Under the pieces are notes generated by a model. That model saw only the letters and a program-made list of their open reading frames with translations, was not told the origin of the DNA and made no database searches. Below, piece by piece: positions 28,016 to 40,623 of a stretch of DNA of 64,000 bases; position 1 is the first letter of the stretch, and each line of letters opens with the position of its first letter. Position numbers and translations under genes: made by a program. The DNA lies in contig MU058531.1 of NCBI GenBank assembly GCA_013265495.1, positions 2,108,911 to 2,172,910 on the forward strand, read 5' to 3'. The DNA comes from Vicugna vicugna. Taxonomy: Eukaryota.

Positions 28016-28146
28016 AATATATATATGTACACATATATACATATATATACATATATGTATATATAAATATATTTTACATATATATACACATATAAATATA
28101 TATTAAAATATATAAATACATATATATATATAAATATATATATACA
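28016..28146. repeat. (TA/CA)n low-complexity tract
   Basis: atatatatgtacacatatatacatatatat... Confidence 0.9.
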
Positions 28147-29740
28147 TTTAAACTACCAAAATCTATTTGTCTTACAAAATCTGGATTCATTTCACCAAAG
28201 CTTACTAGGGCCAGATATGCCCTTTGCAAGGCCCTCACTCCTCTACCTACACTCCCTATCTCCCTAAGCTAAGAAAATAAGCCAATATATTAGATTTTTT
28301 TCCCGAACCCATATTCCCATTGAAACTGAAGGGTAACAGACCAAGAAAGAAGCAAAGAATATTTATATATTTATTTATAATTGTTTAAAATTCCCTAGGT
28401 CACTTTCTGATTTCTACTTATGAATGCTTTGAAAAACACTAAATATATAACTTAATTCTGCCATTATAGAGCATGAATTTTATACTAAAACCAGGTAAGA
28501 AGCCCCCTTTAGTGTTAGGCACGGTCTGGAGAACTAAGACCAATATAAAATGTAAAAGTCTGTCTCACGGTGCTTTTAAATCTTTCTGGTGCAAGTGGAG
28601 CCTTTTTGAGAGAGGTCTGACCACAGGTATTAAAAACTAAGATGTGCAGAAATGAGATTTCCAGCTATGACAGTATGAAGAGGTAGGCAAATCTCTCACC
28701 AAACACAAGAATAAAACTGGACAAAACTGTCAAAATCAAAACATTTCAAGGCTCTGGAGAAGCAACCAAATGCAAATAACAAATTGTGAGATGTTTATTC
28801 CTAAAGAATTTGCTGGAACTTTGTAAGAATAAGAGGAGTCTGCAGTCTTCCTGACCAGGATGGCTTCCATCCCACTACCCAGCTTGTAGGTGCAGTTGTT
28901 TTACCAGGACAGGAATTGGAAACCAACTTGGCTGCAATTGCAGCAGGAATTGGAACTTGATTTGGAATGGAGAGTGAAAAGTCCCTGTTTGATAGCGTTG
29001 TCAGGAAAGCATCAAGCCCAGTAGAGAAGGAACACAGAAAATTTGCAGCTCTGCTGGCCTGGGGCTGTTGTCCCAGGTAGGGGAGTGGTGGATCAGCTGG
29101 AGGTTTAATAGGAAGACTCTGGAAGTGATAGGGCAATAGATGCCTTAAATAAGGTCTCCATATGCCTCTGGCTGCCTGGAAAATGATAAACGTGTTCAGG
29201 GAGCATGAGAGGGCTCAGGGAAATGTACTAGCCAAGGTAGACTTGAGAACTGCCTGAATTTTGAATGCCCTCTCCACCTCACACACAGACCCATCAGTGG
29301 AGGGTGAAAATGCCATGGGCTCGAAGTGTTTAAACACAGCCTCTGCCCAAATCAATGGCTAACTACTAAGTTGTGTTGACACAGGGGTTCCCTAGGAAGT
29401 CAGGCTAAAAATAAAAATTAGAATAAAATAACTGAGCAGAGACATCAACTGCTCTGCACTGTGAGGAAGACAGACACTGCAGGTTAAGTCCAGGTGGGTT
29501 ACTAAACCCAAAACAAACCAAAACAAAGAAACAAACTAAAAGAAGCCCTCAGGAAAGCAAATCAGAATCTCTAGGTGCTATAGCATATGTTAGATATTCT
29601 TCAACTTTCAATAAAAAATTAGGAGTCTTACAAAGAAACAGGAACGTGTGGTCCACACAAAGAAAAAACATCTCTCAACTGAAACAAACTCTGAATGAGC
29701 CCAGATGTTGATTATAGCAGATAAAAATTTCAAAGCAACT

Positions 29741-29842
29741 GGAGGTTGTTTTTTTAAGAAAGAAACGGAAAATTTTATTTGCGCCAACCTGAAGATTTTA
29801 ACCCTGGAGACAGTCTTTCAGAAAGCTCTGCAGACTGTTCCC
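29741..29842 (-). mobile_element. 102-bp LTR-like fragment with 11-bp TSD
   Basis: TSD tcaaagcaact at 29730-29740 and 29843-29853; minus strand carries AATAAA then an A-run. Confidence 0.7.
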
Positions 29843-30458
29843 TCAAAGCAACTATTTTAAATATGCCCAAATAATTAAAGAAAATCATTTAAAGAGCTAA
29901 AGGAAAATATGACAATAATTTGGTAAATAGAGAATCTCAAAAGAAAGTATCAACTAGATCAAAGATAAAACACAAATTCTAGAGTTAAAAAATAAAATAA
30001 CCAAAATAAAAAATTTCATTCACTGGATAGGCTCAACAGCAGATTTGAAATGGCAGAAGGTAGCTTCGGTGAGCCTGAAGACAGACAGATTAATAGAAAT
30101 TATCCAACCTGATGAACAAAGAGAAAAAAAAGAATGAAGAAAAATGAATGGTGTCTTAAAGACCCATGGAACACCACTGAGCAAAGCAACTTCCATGTCA
30201 GGAGAGTCCCAGGAGAGGAGAGAAAGAGATATAACAGATATTTGAAGACATAATGGCTAGAAGTATTCCAAATTTCATGAAAAGTTCAACAAACTCCAGG
30301 TAACATAAACATAAAGGCTCCATACTAGACTTAGCATAGTTGAATAACTGAACACCAAAACAAAGAGAAAATGTTGAAAGCAGCGAGAGAAAAATGACTC
30401 AGTATGTTCAGAAAAACCACAATACAATTGATTGACATCACCAGAAACGAGGCCAAAA

Positions 30459-30552
30459 GGCAGTAAAATGCCATCAAGAACTTAAAAGAAAACAAAACAA
30501 AAAAAGGCAGTAAAATGCCATCAAGAACTTAAAAGAAAACAAAACAAAAAAA
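30459..30552 (+). repeat. Perfect 47-bp tandem duplication inside the L1
   Basis: ggcagtaaaatgccatcaagaacttaaaagaaaacaaaacaaaaaaa x2. Confidence 0.92.
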
Positions 30553-31078
30553 GTCAGCAAATAATTATAGATTCAGCAAAACCATCCTTTAAAATTGAAG
30601 ACAAAAGAGGCCAAATCTGAATTTGTTGCTAGCAGACCTACTTTTCAAAAAATACTAAAGGAAGTCTTTCCACAGATGGTAACTTAAATCCACAAGAAGA
30701 AATGAAGTGCCCCTAAACTGTTAAATATATGGGTAAATTTAAAAGAGTGCATAAATATAAATGCTTCTTGGTTCTCTCAATTTCTTATAAAATATGACTG
30801 CATAATAAAACCCATTGATTTGTACACTGTGAACATGTGAACTTTATGGGACATAACTTAAATCTCAATAAAATGTTCAAGAAGTGTAAAAATGCATAAA
30901 TCAAAAACTCTAACAGTGTACTGTTAGACTTGTAACATATACATTTAACAATAATAGCACAAAAGAGGGCGAGGAAATGGAGATTTATTGGAATAAAGTG
31001 TCTACATTTTTACCAGGATTAAGGTAGTAGTCAATCTAAAGAAGACTGTGATACATGAAGATGTGTATTGTAATCCTT

Positions 31079-31284
31079 GGCACTACTGACATTTTCCATC
31101 AGATAATTGCTGTGGGGGGCTGTCCTTTGCACTGTAGGATGTTTAGCAGCATCCTTGCCTCCTCCTATAGCGCAACCCTACTCCCAGTTGTGGTAAATCA
31201 AAATGCCTCTAGATACATCCAGATGTTTGGGGGTGGGGGGCAGCGGGAGGAGGGCAGGGAATCACCCCCAGTTGAGAACCACTG
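31079..31284. mobile_element. MER20 hAT element nested in the L1
   Basis: ggcactactgacatttt...ggggggctgtcctttgcactgtaggatgtttagcagcatcc...cccccagttgagaaccactg. Confidence 0.85.
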
Positions 31285-33235
31285 TCCTAGAGCAATCACT
31301 GAGACTATAATCCAATGAAACACAGTTTAAAATCAACAGAAGAATTATAATTAATGCATTAAAAATATTTAACACAAAAGAAGTCAGTAAATGAACAAGG
31401 CATGAAACATACAGAAAATATATAGTAAGGTGGCTGATTTTCAATCTAATCATATTAATAATTACAGGCTAATAATAATAGGCTAAATATTCCAATCAAA
31501 AGAAAGAAGTCAAATTGGATAAAAAAGCAAAGTACATAAAAGACAATTTAGATTCAAAGACATAATTAATTTGAAAGTTAAGGGATGGAAAAAGATGTAC
31601 CCACGCAAACAGTATCCAGAAGTGAGCTGGAGTGGCTATATTAATATCAGACAAAATGGATTTTAAGATAAGAAATATCAGGAACAATGAGGGACCTATC
31701 ATAATAATAAAAGTCACTACATCAAGGAGATACAACGATTATAGTTGTAAATGCACCTAACAGAGACTCAAAACGCTGACTCAACAAGAAATAAAACCAG
31801 ACAGGACCTCAGGAAGGATATACAGCAATTAGATCTAACTTAGATCCAATTAGATCTAAGTGACAATTATAGAACACTCTACCCAGCGACAGCAGACTAT
31901 ACATTCTTCTCAAGCACGCTTATGACATTCTCCAGGATAAAAATAACAAGATAAAAAAGCAAGTCTCCATAAATGGGAAAGGACTGAAATCACACGAGGT
32001 ATGTTTTCTGACCACCACGGAATTAAATTAGAAATCAAAAACAGTAGGAAATTTAGGAATCCCACAAATATTTGGAAATCAAACAACACACTTTTAAATA
32101 ACTCGAGTCGAAGAAGAAATCGCAAAGGTTTCTAAAGGGTCGCTGCAGTCTGTAACGGCGTTCCTGGCCGATAAACAGTTAAACCAAGACTTCCACAGAC
32201 ATCTGTCCTGGACCAGAGACCAGAGCCTTGAACACTTACTTCCCAATCGAGGGTCAGGTCTTAATATGTGAGTGGAAATCCTGCAACAAGAACCTGTTTC
32301 TCCTCCTGTTCCCAATAAGACTGACTTATTAATGACATCCAAAAAATGCATATAAGGGTCTTGGGAACCTCTACTTTTCACAGAAATTCCAGTTTCACCA
32401 CCACCACCCCCTCCCCCAAAGGAGAAAGCTAGAGATGACAAAAAAGAACGTAACATCATATTTAAGGGAATGCTGCGATTCACAAGTAATAATATTATTC
32501 CATTAGCGCCTATCATTCAGAATGTCTCATAGCAGAGAATGAATTGTTATTTAAGTAGGTATTCAACCATACTTCAGAAGGAGCCATTCATAATACACCA
32601 CAATATTCTCAAGCTGAGAACGTGGGTCAAATGGGCGTTTTCCTGTCCGGCTTTCACTGCAGTTGTTTGTCAAAGCCAGTGTGCCAAGTGTCACACTAAA
32701 AGTCCGCAGTCAGGGAGGGAGGCCCACGTTAAGCACATGTTCAGAATCAGGACGTACCAGTTTCTTCCTCAGCCCCCTGATCAGGCCCAGCTAGGGGATA
32801 TAGGATTCAGGAGGCAGTTTTGTGCCTGCGGTGGGGGTGGGGTGAGGGTAGCGGAAGCACGGGCTTTGGAGTTATCCACTCTGGGTTTGAGTCCTGGATT
32901 TTCTGCTCTGTGGCCCTGGGCAGCAAATCACTTAAACTCTCTGAGCCCATTTCCTCTCCTCTGCAAAGTAAGCATGATGAAGTCAGCCTCATAGGCTGCA
33001 GTGAGGAGAATGAGATGATGTGTGTCAGGCTGAGGAGAGGGCCTCGTAACCCTACAAGTGATCAGTAAGTGCTGATTCGTGTGCAGCAGAACTGGTACCA
33101 GGGCTTTGATTTCTGGGGTCCCAATCCCGCATTCTGAACTCTTCATCTTCACCAACTCATCGCAACCTGTTTGTCCCAACCTCTGTTACTCTCCACCCTA
33201 CCAGTTGCTCAGTCTCAAAATCTTGAAGGCTTTCT

Positions 33236-33377
33236 AGTTTTGTTTTGTTTTTTTGTTTTGGGGGAGGTAACTAGGTTTATTTATTTACTTGTTTATTTAA
33301 TGGAGGTACCAGGGATTGAACGCAGGACCTTGTGTATACTAAGCGCATGCTCTATCACTGAGCTACACCCTCCCCCC
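33236..33377 (-). mobile_element. tRNA-derived SINE (Vic-1-like)
   Basis: gaggtaccagggattgaacgcaggaccttgtgtatactaagcgcatgctctatcactgagctacaccctcccc. Confidence 0.87.
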
Positions 33378-33386
33378 TAAAGGGGC

Positions 33387-33950
33387 TTTTTTAAATTGAA
33401 GTATAGACTTTCAATTAGTTTCAGGTGTACAAATAGTGATCCAATGTGTTTATAGATTACACACCATACAAAGTTATTATAAAATATTGACATTATTTCC
33501 TGTGCTGTACGTTACATCCCTGTGACTTACTTTAAAACTGCTAGCTCATACCTCTTAATCTCCACCTATTTCACCCTTCTCCCTTCTTCTCTTCCCTCTG
33601 GCAACCACTAGTTTGTTCTCTGTATCTGGGAGTCTGTTTCTGTTTTGTTGTATTTGTTTATTTTTTAATTCCACATACAAGTGAAAACATACAGTATTTG
33701 TCTTTCCCTCAATTCTACTCCTGGGTATTCAAAGAAAACAAAAACTCCAATTCAAAAAGACACATGCATCCCAAAGTTTATAGTAGCACTACTTACAACA
33801 GCCAAGATACAGAAGCAACCTAAGTGCCCATTTACAGATGAATAAAGATGTGGTATGCATATACAATGGAATATTACTCAGCTATAAAAAATGAAATTTT
33901 GCCATTTGTGGCAACATGGATGGACCTGGAGGGTATTATGCTTAGGGAAA
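33387..33950 (-). mobile_element. L1 3' end with 5' inversion (minus ~33387-33709, plus ~33710-33950)
   Basis: Adjacent L1 3' segments lie in opposite orientation. Confidence 0.8.
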
Positions 33951-34647
33951 GTCGTTTTCTTTCATTCCCCGCACCCATTTCCATCAGCAAACCTGCTCTA
34001 TCCTTACGATACATCTAGAATCCAACCATATCCCACCACACTGCTGGCTTCCACCAGGCCCAAGCCACAATCCAAGCCCCACCATCTTTCACCTCCTGAC
34101 TTGTGTCACTGCTTCTGCCTTTGCTCCCTGGCAGTTGAGCAACCAGAAGGATCCTATTAAAATGTGAGATCCTTTCTGCTTCCACTCAAAGCCCTCTGAA
34201 GAAAACAGTTTAGCAGTTCCTGGACCTGTCGTCAGGGTGCATCCTGAGGCGATGGTGATTCCTTCACCCAGAAAGGACGAGAGAGACTGAAAGTACCAGA
34301 AGGAGTTGGATTTAGGACCTGAGCATCCAGAAGCCTGGCCCACCAGCTACTCTCAGGGCCCCCAGAGCAGCACTTAGCTCCAGCAGGCCTCCAGAGGCAG
34401 GACTTGGAACCAGAGCACAGGCTGGAAGGCTGAGAATGACAGCAGGGCTTCCCTTCCTCCCAGTCTTCTGCTCTCCGAACTCCAGCATTCTCGCCAGCAG
34501 CCACCCTCGTGCTCCCAACGCTAAAGGATGGAGGAGAAACTGGCTTCACCTGTTTCCTATGAACCAACAGGCCAATTTAATCAAACTCCACAGCGTACAG
34601 TTGTGTTGAAAGGACTGGTTCCACTTGTACCGTCGGCTGCTGCCGTC

Positions 34648-35400
34648 TTTTTTTAACCAGCTTTATTGAGGTATATTATATACATATCCCATATGAATTG
34701 TATGCAATTTGATGAGTTTGAATATATGCATATATCTGCAAAACCATCACCAAAATCAAGGTAACAGACAGCCATCACCCCTAAAAGCTTCCTTATGTCA
34801 TTTTGTTTTGTTTTGTTTTTTGGCAAGAACACATACATGAGATTACCCTCTCAAAATTTTAAGTGCGTGACACAATATTGTTGACTCCAGGCAGTATGCT
34901 GGACAGCAGATCTATAGGGCTAATTCATCCTGCATAAAGTGAAACTTTATACCAATTGAACAACTCCCCACTCACCCTTGGCCCCTGGTAATCCCCGTTC
35001 TAGTCTCTGCTTCCATGAGCTTGACTATTTTAGGTTCCTCATGTAAGAGGAATCCTTCAGTATTTGTGCTTCTGTGACTGGCTTATCTCACTTAGCATCA
35101 TGTCCACAGGTTCATCTGTAGAATCTCAAAGAGATTCCTACACTCCCATGTTCATTGCAGCTCTCTTCACAATAGCCAAGGCAGGGAACCTACCTAACAT
35201 CCATCGATGGATGAATAGATAAAGAAAATATGGTGTACACATACAGTAGAGTATTTTTCAGCCTTAAAAAGAAGGAAGTGGGGAATAGCTCAGTGGTAGA
35301 GTGCATGCTTAGCAGGGATGAGGTCCTGGGTTCAATCTCCATTTTTAAAAAGTAACTTCATTTGAAAAAAAGAAAGAAAGAAAAAAAAGGAAAAGGAAAC
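34648..35400 (-). mobile_element. L1 3' end with 5' inversion (minus ~34648-35120, plus ~35121-35278), with a SINE inserted
   Basis: Minus part has cagtatttgtgcttctgtgactggcttatctcacttagc; plus part has catgttcattgcagc...cagccttaaaaagaaggaa. Confidence 0.78.
35279..35390 (+). mobile_element. tRNA-derived SINE (Vic-1-like)
   Basis: gggaatagctcagtggtagagtgcatgcttagc...gaggtcctgggttcaatc, then A-rich tail. Confidence 0.85.
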
Positions 35401-35664
35401 ACCATGGGCTTCTGAGAGGAGGGCAAGCTGCCTGTGGAGCAGGAGGGACATGCAGTCTGAGAAGTCGTGCACAGAAGACTAGAACGTTCATGTCAATGGC
35501 CAGCAGGAACAGGGTTACTTCGGAGGTGGAGGAGAAATGGTGTAAAGGAATATGGGAAAGGAGGGTATTACAGGTCAGAGAAGAAATCAGAGGAACTAAG
35601 GACTTTAGAAGTTCTTTCTAATTGCTCTAAGGAATTGCTGGACCTTGTGACCAGGCTTTCCTCA

Positions 35665-36160
35665 TATTTCAGTTAGTTATTGCAGCATAACAAATCATCC
35701 CCAAACTCAACTTTAAACGAGAATTTATCATTGCCTACAAGTCTACAGATCATTCCGGTGGTTCTCTGGGTCTTGACTGGGCTCAGTTATACAACTGTTA
35801 TAAGCTGTGGGATCTGCTGGTCATGGCTTCACTATCTCCCACTATCTCTTCACTATCCCATATCTTCGTTTGGGGCAGGTCTGCAGGCTATTCTAGGATG
35901 GCCCAGACTAGGCTCCTGGGCTAATTCCCATGTGCTCGGCTATCCTCTGGTAGGTAGTAGTAGAGGGCCCAGAGAGAGAGAACATAAGGATGCAAGGCCT
36001 CTGAAGCCCTAGGGGTTGAAACTGATGTACCTGCCATTTTTGCCACTTTCTGTTGGCCAGAGCAACTCATGAGGCCAAACCCAGAGTCAGTAGGGGAGGA
36101 TACTATCAAAGGTGTGGATACAGGGAGGGCTGAAAAATTGGGGCCATAAGCAATCTACTA
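35665..36160 (-). mobile_element. MLT1-type MaLR LTR
   Basis: gttagttattgcagcataacaaatcatccccaaactc...ttctgttggccagagcaactcatgaggccaaacccaga. Confidence 0.7.
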
Positions 36161-36999
36161 TGCCATCCCAGCCCTGACTTCAAATCCAAGACCCCGCTGT
36201 CAGAGAGGCCCAGAAAACAATGGAATCATTAACATCTTGGGATCCCCCGGACTTGGATTCAAACCTACTTCCTTGTCTGAGTGTGTTCAGGCAAGTTACT
36301 TAACCACTCTGGCAGTGGGCTCCTCATCTGCAAAAGGACAACAATCATCTCTCCCTCTTAGGGCTGTGAGGATGAGATGACATGCATTGTGAAGAGGCTT
36401 GGAAGGACCCTAACTAGTGCTCAAGGACTCATTAGAACACATGGGGCTCGGAGTAGTGGGGGAATCGCAGGGAAAACCTACATGCCCCCGTTCCCTCCAG
36501 TCTTTAAGTGGGACGTGGAGTATGGGAAGGAGGGAAGGGATGAGATGGGTACAGGGCTGGGTGGGGAGGGTTGATGTGGTCACGGCCCCCGTGCAGGACC
36601 TCAGGAGGAACTTGATGAAAGCAGAGCACATTTCTGCAAAGTCACAAAGGCCCTGTTGTCCCCACATCTGCAGGCACTCCTCAACCCAGGAAGCAAACAC
36701 AGCTGATTCTCTCCAGGGAACAGGGAAGAAAGAACAAGTTGATTCATTAATTCATCAAGTCAACTCAACTACTCCAGGAAAGGGGTCTTCTGCACACATC
36801 TGTGTGTTTGCACTTGAGGGACAGGCAGAGACATATGCTCCCTGAGAAAAAAAGAGCTTCATTTAACAACAAGGCTACAAAGAGCCAACAGACCATTTGG
36901 TTTACCCTCCTTGTTTCACAGATGAGCAGTGAGGCCAAGTGGCTCTTCCCAGTTCACGCAGCCATCTACTGAGCCTGGACTAGAACTCTGGGGTCCTAC

Positions 37000-37590
37000 T
37001 TCCCTTGTCACCAACTGCAAGTTCAGGTTTCCAAAACCACCCTCAGGGTGAGTAATTCATTTACTTAAAGGAATCAATCATAGAACTCATGGAAAGCTGT
37101 CATACTCACAGTTACAGTTTATTTCAGGTAAAGGACACAGATCAAAATCAGCCAGAAGAGATACAGAGGGTGGAGTCTGGGAGGGTTCCAAATGCAAAGC
37201 TTCCATTGTCCTCAATATACGGCCCTCGGGGCACAGATACTGATGTATGGCAATGTGCGTGGGGTGTGACCAACTAGGGTCGCTCACCCAAACTTCAGTG
37301 TCGAGATTTTTAATGGGGCTTCATTCCATTAGTATGAGTAATTGATTTACTGTCCATGGAATTGAACTCAGTCTCCAGCCCTACCCTGTTCCCTGGAGGT
37401 CAGGCTGTTATCACCTGGCTAAGCAGCCCATTCTGAGTCACCTCATTAGCATAAATCATCGGGTGTGGGCTAAGGGGCCCACCATGAATAACAAAGACAC
37501 TCCCATCACTTGGGAAATTCCAGGGGGTTTAAAGGTTACCTTCCAAGAACCAGGGACAAAGGCCAGACCAATTTGGATAAGGCCGAGCAC
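37000..37590. mobile_element. MER21-like LTR
   Basis: caccaactgcaagttc...accaccctcagg...gaactcatggaaagctgtcatactcacagttacagtttatt...cacctcattagcataaa. Confidence 0.75.
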
Positions 37591-38689
37591 ACACTTTTCA
37601 CCTGCTTATGCCTTGTAAAGGCAGTTACATTGAAAAATGAAGACAGCTCGCCTGAGCGTGTGCTAGGTGCCAGACACTGTACACATATTTTGTCTAATTC
37701 TCATAACATCCCTGCAAAGTTGGTGTCATTTCGTTTTATTTTACTGATAAGAAAATTGAAGCTCAGAAAGTTGCCTGAAGTTTTAGAGCTGGAAAGTAAA
37801 CAGATGTGATCATGTTGACACACTCCTTGAGCCATTAGATCTATGTTGCCAACTTCATTCATTCATCCATTCAATAAAAAACTTCAAGCCTACTATGTGC
37901 CAGTAGCAATTTTTGATCCTAAAGATACAGCAAAGAACAGACAAAAATCCCACTCACAGAGCTGATAATCAAATGAGACAGAAAATAAGGTCTAAATATG
38001 TAAAACAAATAGCATTCGAATGGTTTAAAGCAATGTGTGTACTTTGCTTGGACCTTTATTCAAACACGTCAACTATAACAAGACATCTTTGGGACAACTG
38101 GGAAATTTGAATGTGGACTGCTACTGTACTATTAATTTTTGGTGATTCGATGATGTTATGGTGACTGTGTTCTTCCAAAATAAAGTACTTATCTGTTAAA
38201 GATGCAGACTGAAGTACTTATGGATAAAATTACAAAAATGTTGCTAATCACTGATGCTGGATGGTAGATACATGAGGAAAGGCCTGTATACTATTCTTTC
38301 CAATTCTGTGTATATTTGAAAATTTCATTAGTACAAATGTTTTTTGTTTGTTCATTTTTAAGTGTTGGATAGGGTAGCAGATAGGATGTGTAAGGAGTGT
38401 TTCAAGATGAAAAGTAAACCAGGGAAGGCTTCACTAAGAAGGTGACAATAGAGCAAAGACTTGAAGGAAATGGGGAAGAGATCTATGTGGATCTCCGGGA
38501 AAGAACATCCCAGCAGAAATGGGAGCTAGAGTAGAGCCCTGAGGTGGGAGCCTGCCTGGGATGGGATGTTCAAAGAATAAAAAGCCAATGGCTGGAAAGG
38601 GAAGATCAGTGGGTAAAAGAGTAGGAGGCAGCATCAGAGTTAACAGAGCTGGGTGGGGAGGAGAGGAAATGCACACAAGGCCACATCCA

Positions 38690-39525
38690 ACAGAGAATTC
38701 TTACTCAAACTATGGACGAACACCTGCGACGAATAAGAAAAATACAGGCAACTTGGTAAAAAAAATGGGCAAAAGACTTGGAACCGGCCCTCCACAGGAA
38801 AGGAAATGGCCAATTAGCCTATGAAAAGGAGTTCTTCTTTATTAGGCATCAGGGAAATGCACATTAAAACCACAATGCACACCTCCACATACCCTCAGAA
38901 AGGGTACAGTTAAAAGGCAGACAATACTAGGTATTCGAGAGGAAACAACTCTCCTACCCTGCTGGTGGGTCTGTAAACTAGCACAAACAGTGCCTACAAA
39001 AACTAAAAATATGCATACCATTTAAGCAATCACTCCCACTTCTAGGTATATATCCAACAGAAAGCCATGTAAATGTCCACCAAACACTGGAGAAGGATGT
39101 TCAGAGCAGTACTATTCTTAACATCCAAAAACCTAGAAATACTCATCTGACTACTAACAGCAAAATACACAAGCAATGGGCTACTGTACAGCACTTAGAA
39201 CAAAGTCAACAATATAGATGCTCACAAAAATAGCAAGCAAAGCAAGCAGACACAAAGGGTCTAAACCATGTGATTCCAGTTATGTAAAGTTCAAAAACAA
39301 GCAAAACTAATCTATCCTATTAGAAGACAGAATAGTGGTTACCATCACGGAGAAAGTGACTGGAAAGGGACAGGCAGGGTGGGAGGGTATTGGGGGAGCT
39401 GGTAACATCCTGTTCCTTGATCTCGATGTTGGTTAAGTACCAGCATCAATTTGTGAGCAGCCACCAAGTAGCGCACGGATGATTTCTGTACTTTTCTATA
39501 TTATAGGCAAAACATTTAAAAAAAA
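38690..39525 (+). mobile_element. Old L1 (L1ME-like) 3' region
   Basis: catcagggaaatgcacattaaaaccacaatg...ccacttctaggtatatatccaacagaaa. Confidence 0.8.
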
Positions 39526-39799
39526 TCATGCAGGGGCATCTTGGTTTCCTCCTCTGAGCTACAGGTGACAGGTCCAACACCCAGACACCCCGATCCCCCA
39601 TCCCATGCTGAGTCAGAGGGACAGAGAGCAAGGTGGATTGTTGGCTTAAAAAGAGTAGAAAACATACTTTCTCAACTCACAGCTGCAACCTCTACATTTA
39701 AAGATGCTGAAATTGACATAGTGAGTTCTTTGGCTCGTGGAAGGGAGGCATCTACTCCTAAGAACTGGGAGAAATTATAATTAAGAAAATCTGGAAACT

Positions 39800-40152
39800 A
39801 TCTTTCCTTAATAGATGTTAATAATGTATCTTGTGTCTCATGCAACAGAACATTTTCACACAGTATCATGCTGCCAGTTAAGTTGTGGCGTTGTTTTGAG
39901 AGTAATCATATAGCAAAAAAGAAAATGGATTATTTTAAGTGTAGACTTTATGAGCTCTTTAAAAGTCAAAGTTACAGCTTTTCAAACTAGAAATGGAAAG
40001 GTACTGAAGCAACTACAGGTTTTACTTTCAAATAAGATATTGATAGGCAGGCACAATCCATAAAAACAAAAAGCTCTTTGAGGGTCTCAATTTAAAAAAA
40101 AAAAAAAAAGAGTAATGAGTCTCACTTGAGATCCAAACGTGAGAAAATCACT
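39800..40152. mobile_element. Charlie-type hAT fragment
   Basis: aaaagctctttgagggtctcaat...gagatccaaacgtgagaaaatcactg resembles a Charlie terminus. Confidence 0.55.
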
Positions 40153-40623
40153 GCAAATTATCCCCAACCTTGTTGATAGGTCGGTTTCTTCCTATGACCT
40201 CATAAGCAGCTATTGTTTTGGAATTTTAAGAACCAAATAAGCACCTAGTTAGGCCTAGGTTATTAGTCCTTCTGGCTCAGGAAGCTGCTTTTCTTCAACC
40301 TGAGGGACTTTGACCAAAGTCAGCCTGTTTTCTCAGCATTTTGGTCTGTTTTGGTGGTTGGGGATTCTTTTTCCCCCTATATTATTTTTTTCTCTCATTT
40401 CTTTTGTCTTTATTCTTTAATTTTGCTTTTATCATTTTTCTTTTCCCTCATTTTTTTTCTTTTTAAATATAGTGTGTTGGTATTTGCTTTAGTTTATTTT
40501 TATTTTTGTCTGTCATTGTATTTTGATCCCATTGTAAAGACCAGTTCCTCAGGTGAACTGATTTTTTTTTTTTTTTTGAGGTGATTGAGACCAAGGTTCT
40601 CACCAGTTCTTCTCAAATGTAAG

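Larger units (their letters stand above)
28650..32128 (+). mobile_element. Old L1 5' portion: 5'UTR, ORF1 and ORF2 endonuclease remnants with nested inserts
   Basis: ORF1-like gataggctcaacagcagatttgaaatggcagaag; ORF2 EN-like gagctggagtggctatattaatatcagacaaaatggatttt and attcttctcaagcac. Confidence 0.85.

Noticed and set aside
31826..31860. Repeated palindrome ttagatctaa as a recombination or binding site
   Set aside because: Small local duplication of the L1 ORF2 caattagatcta motif.
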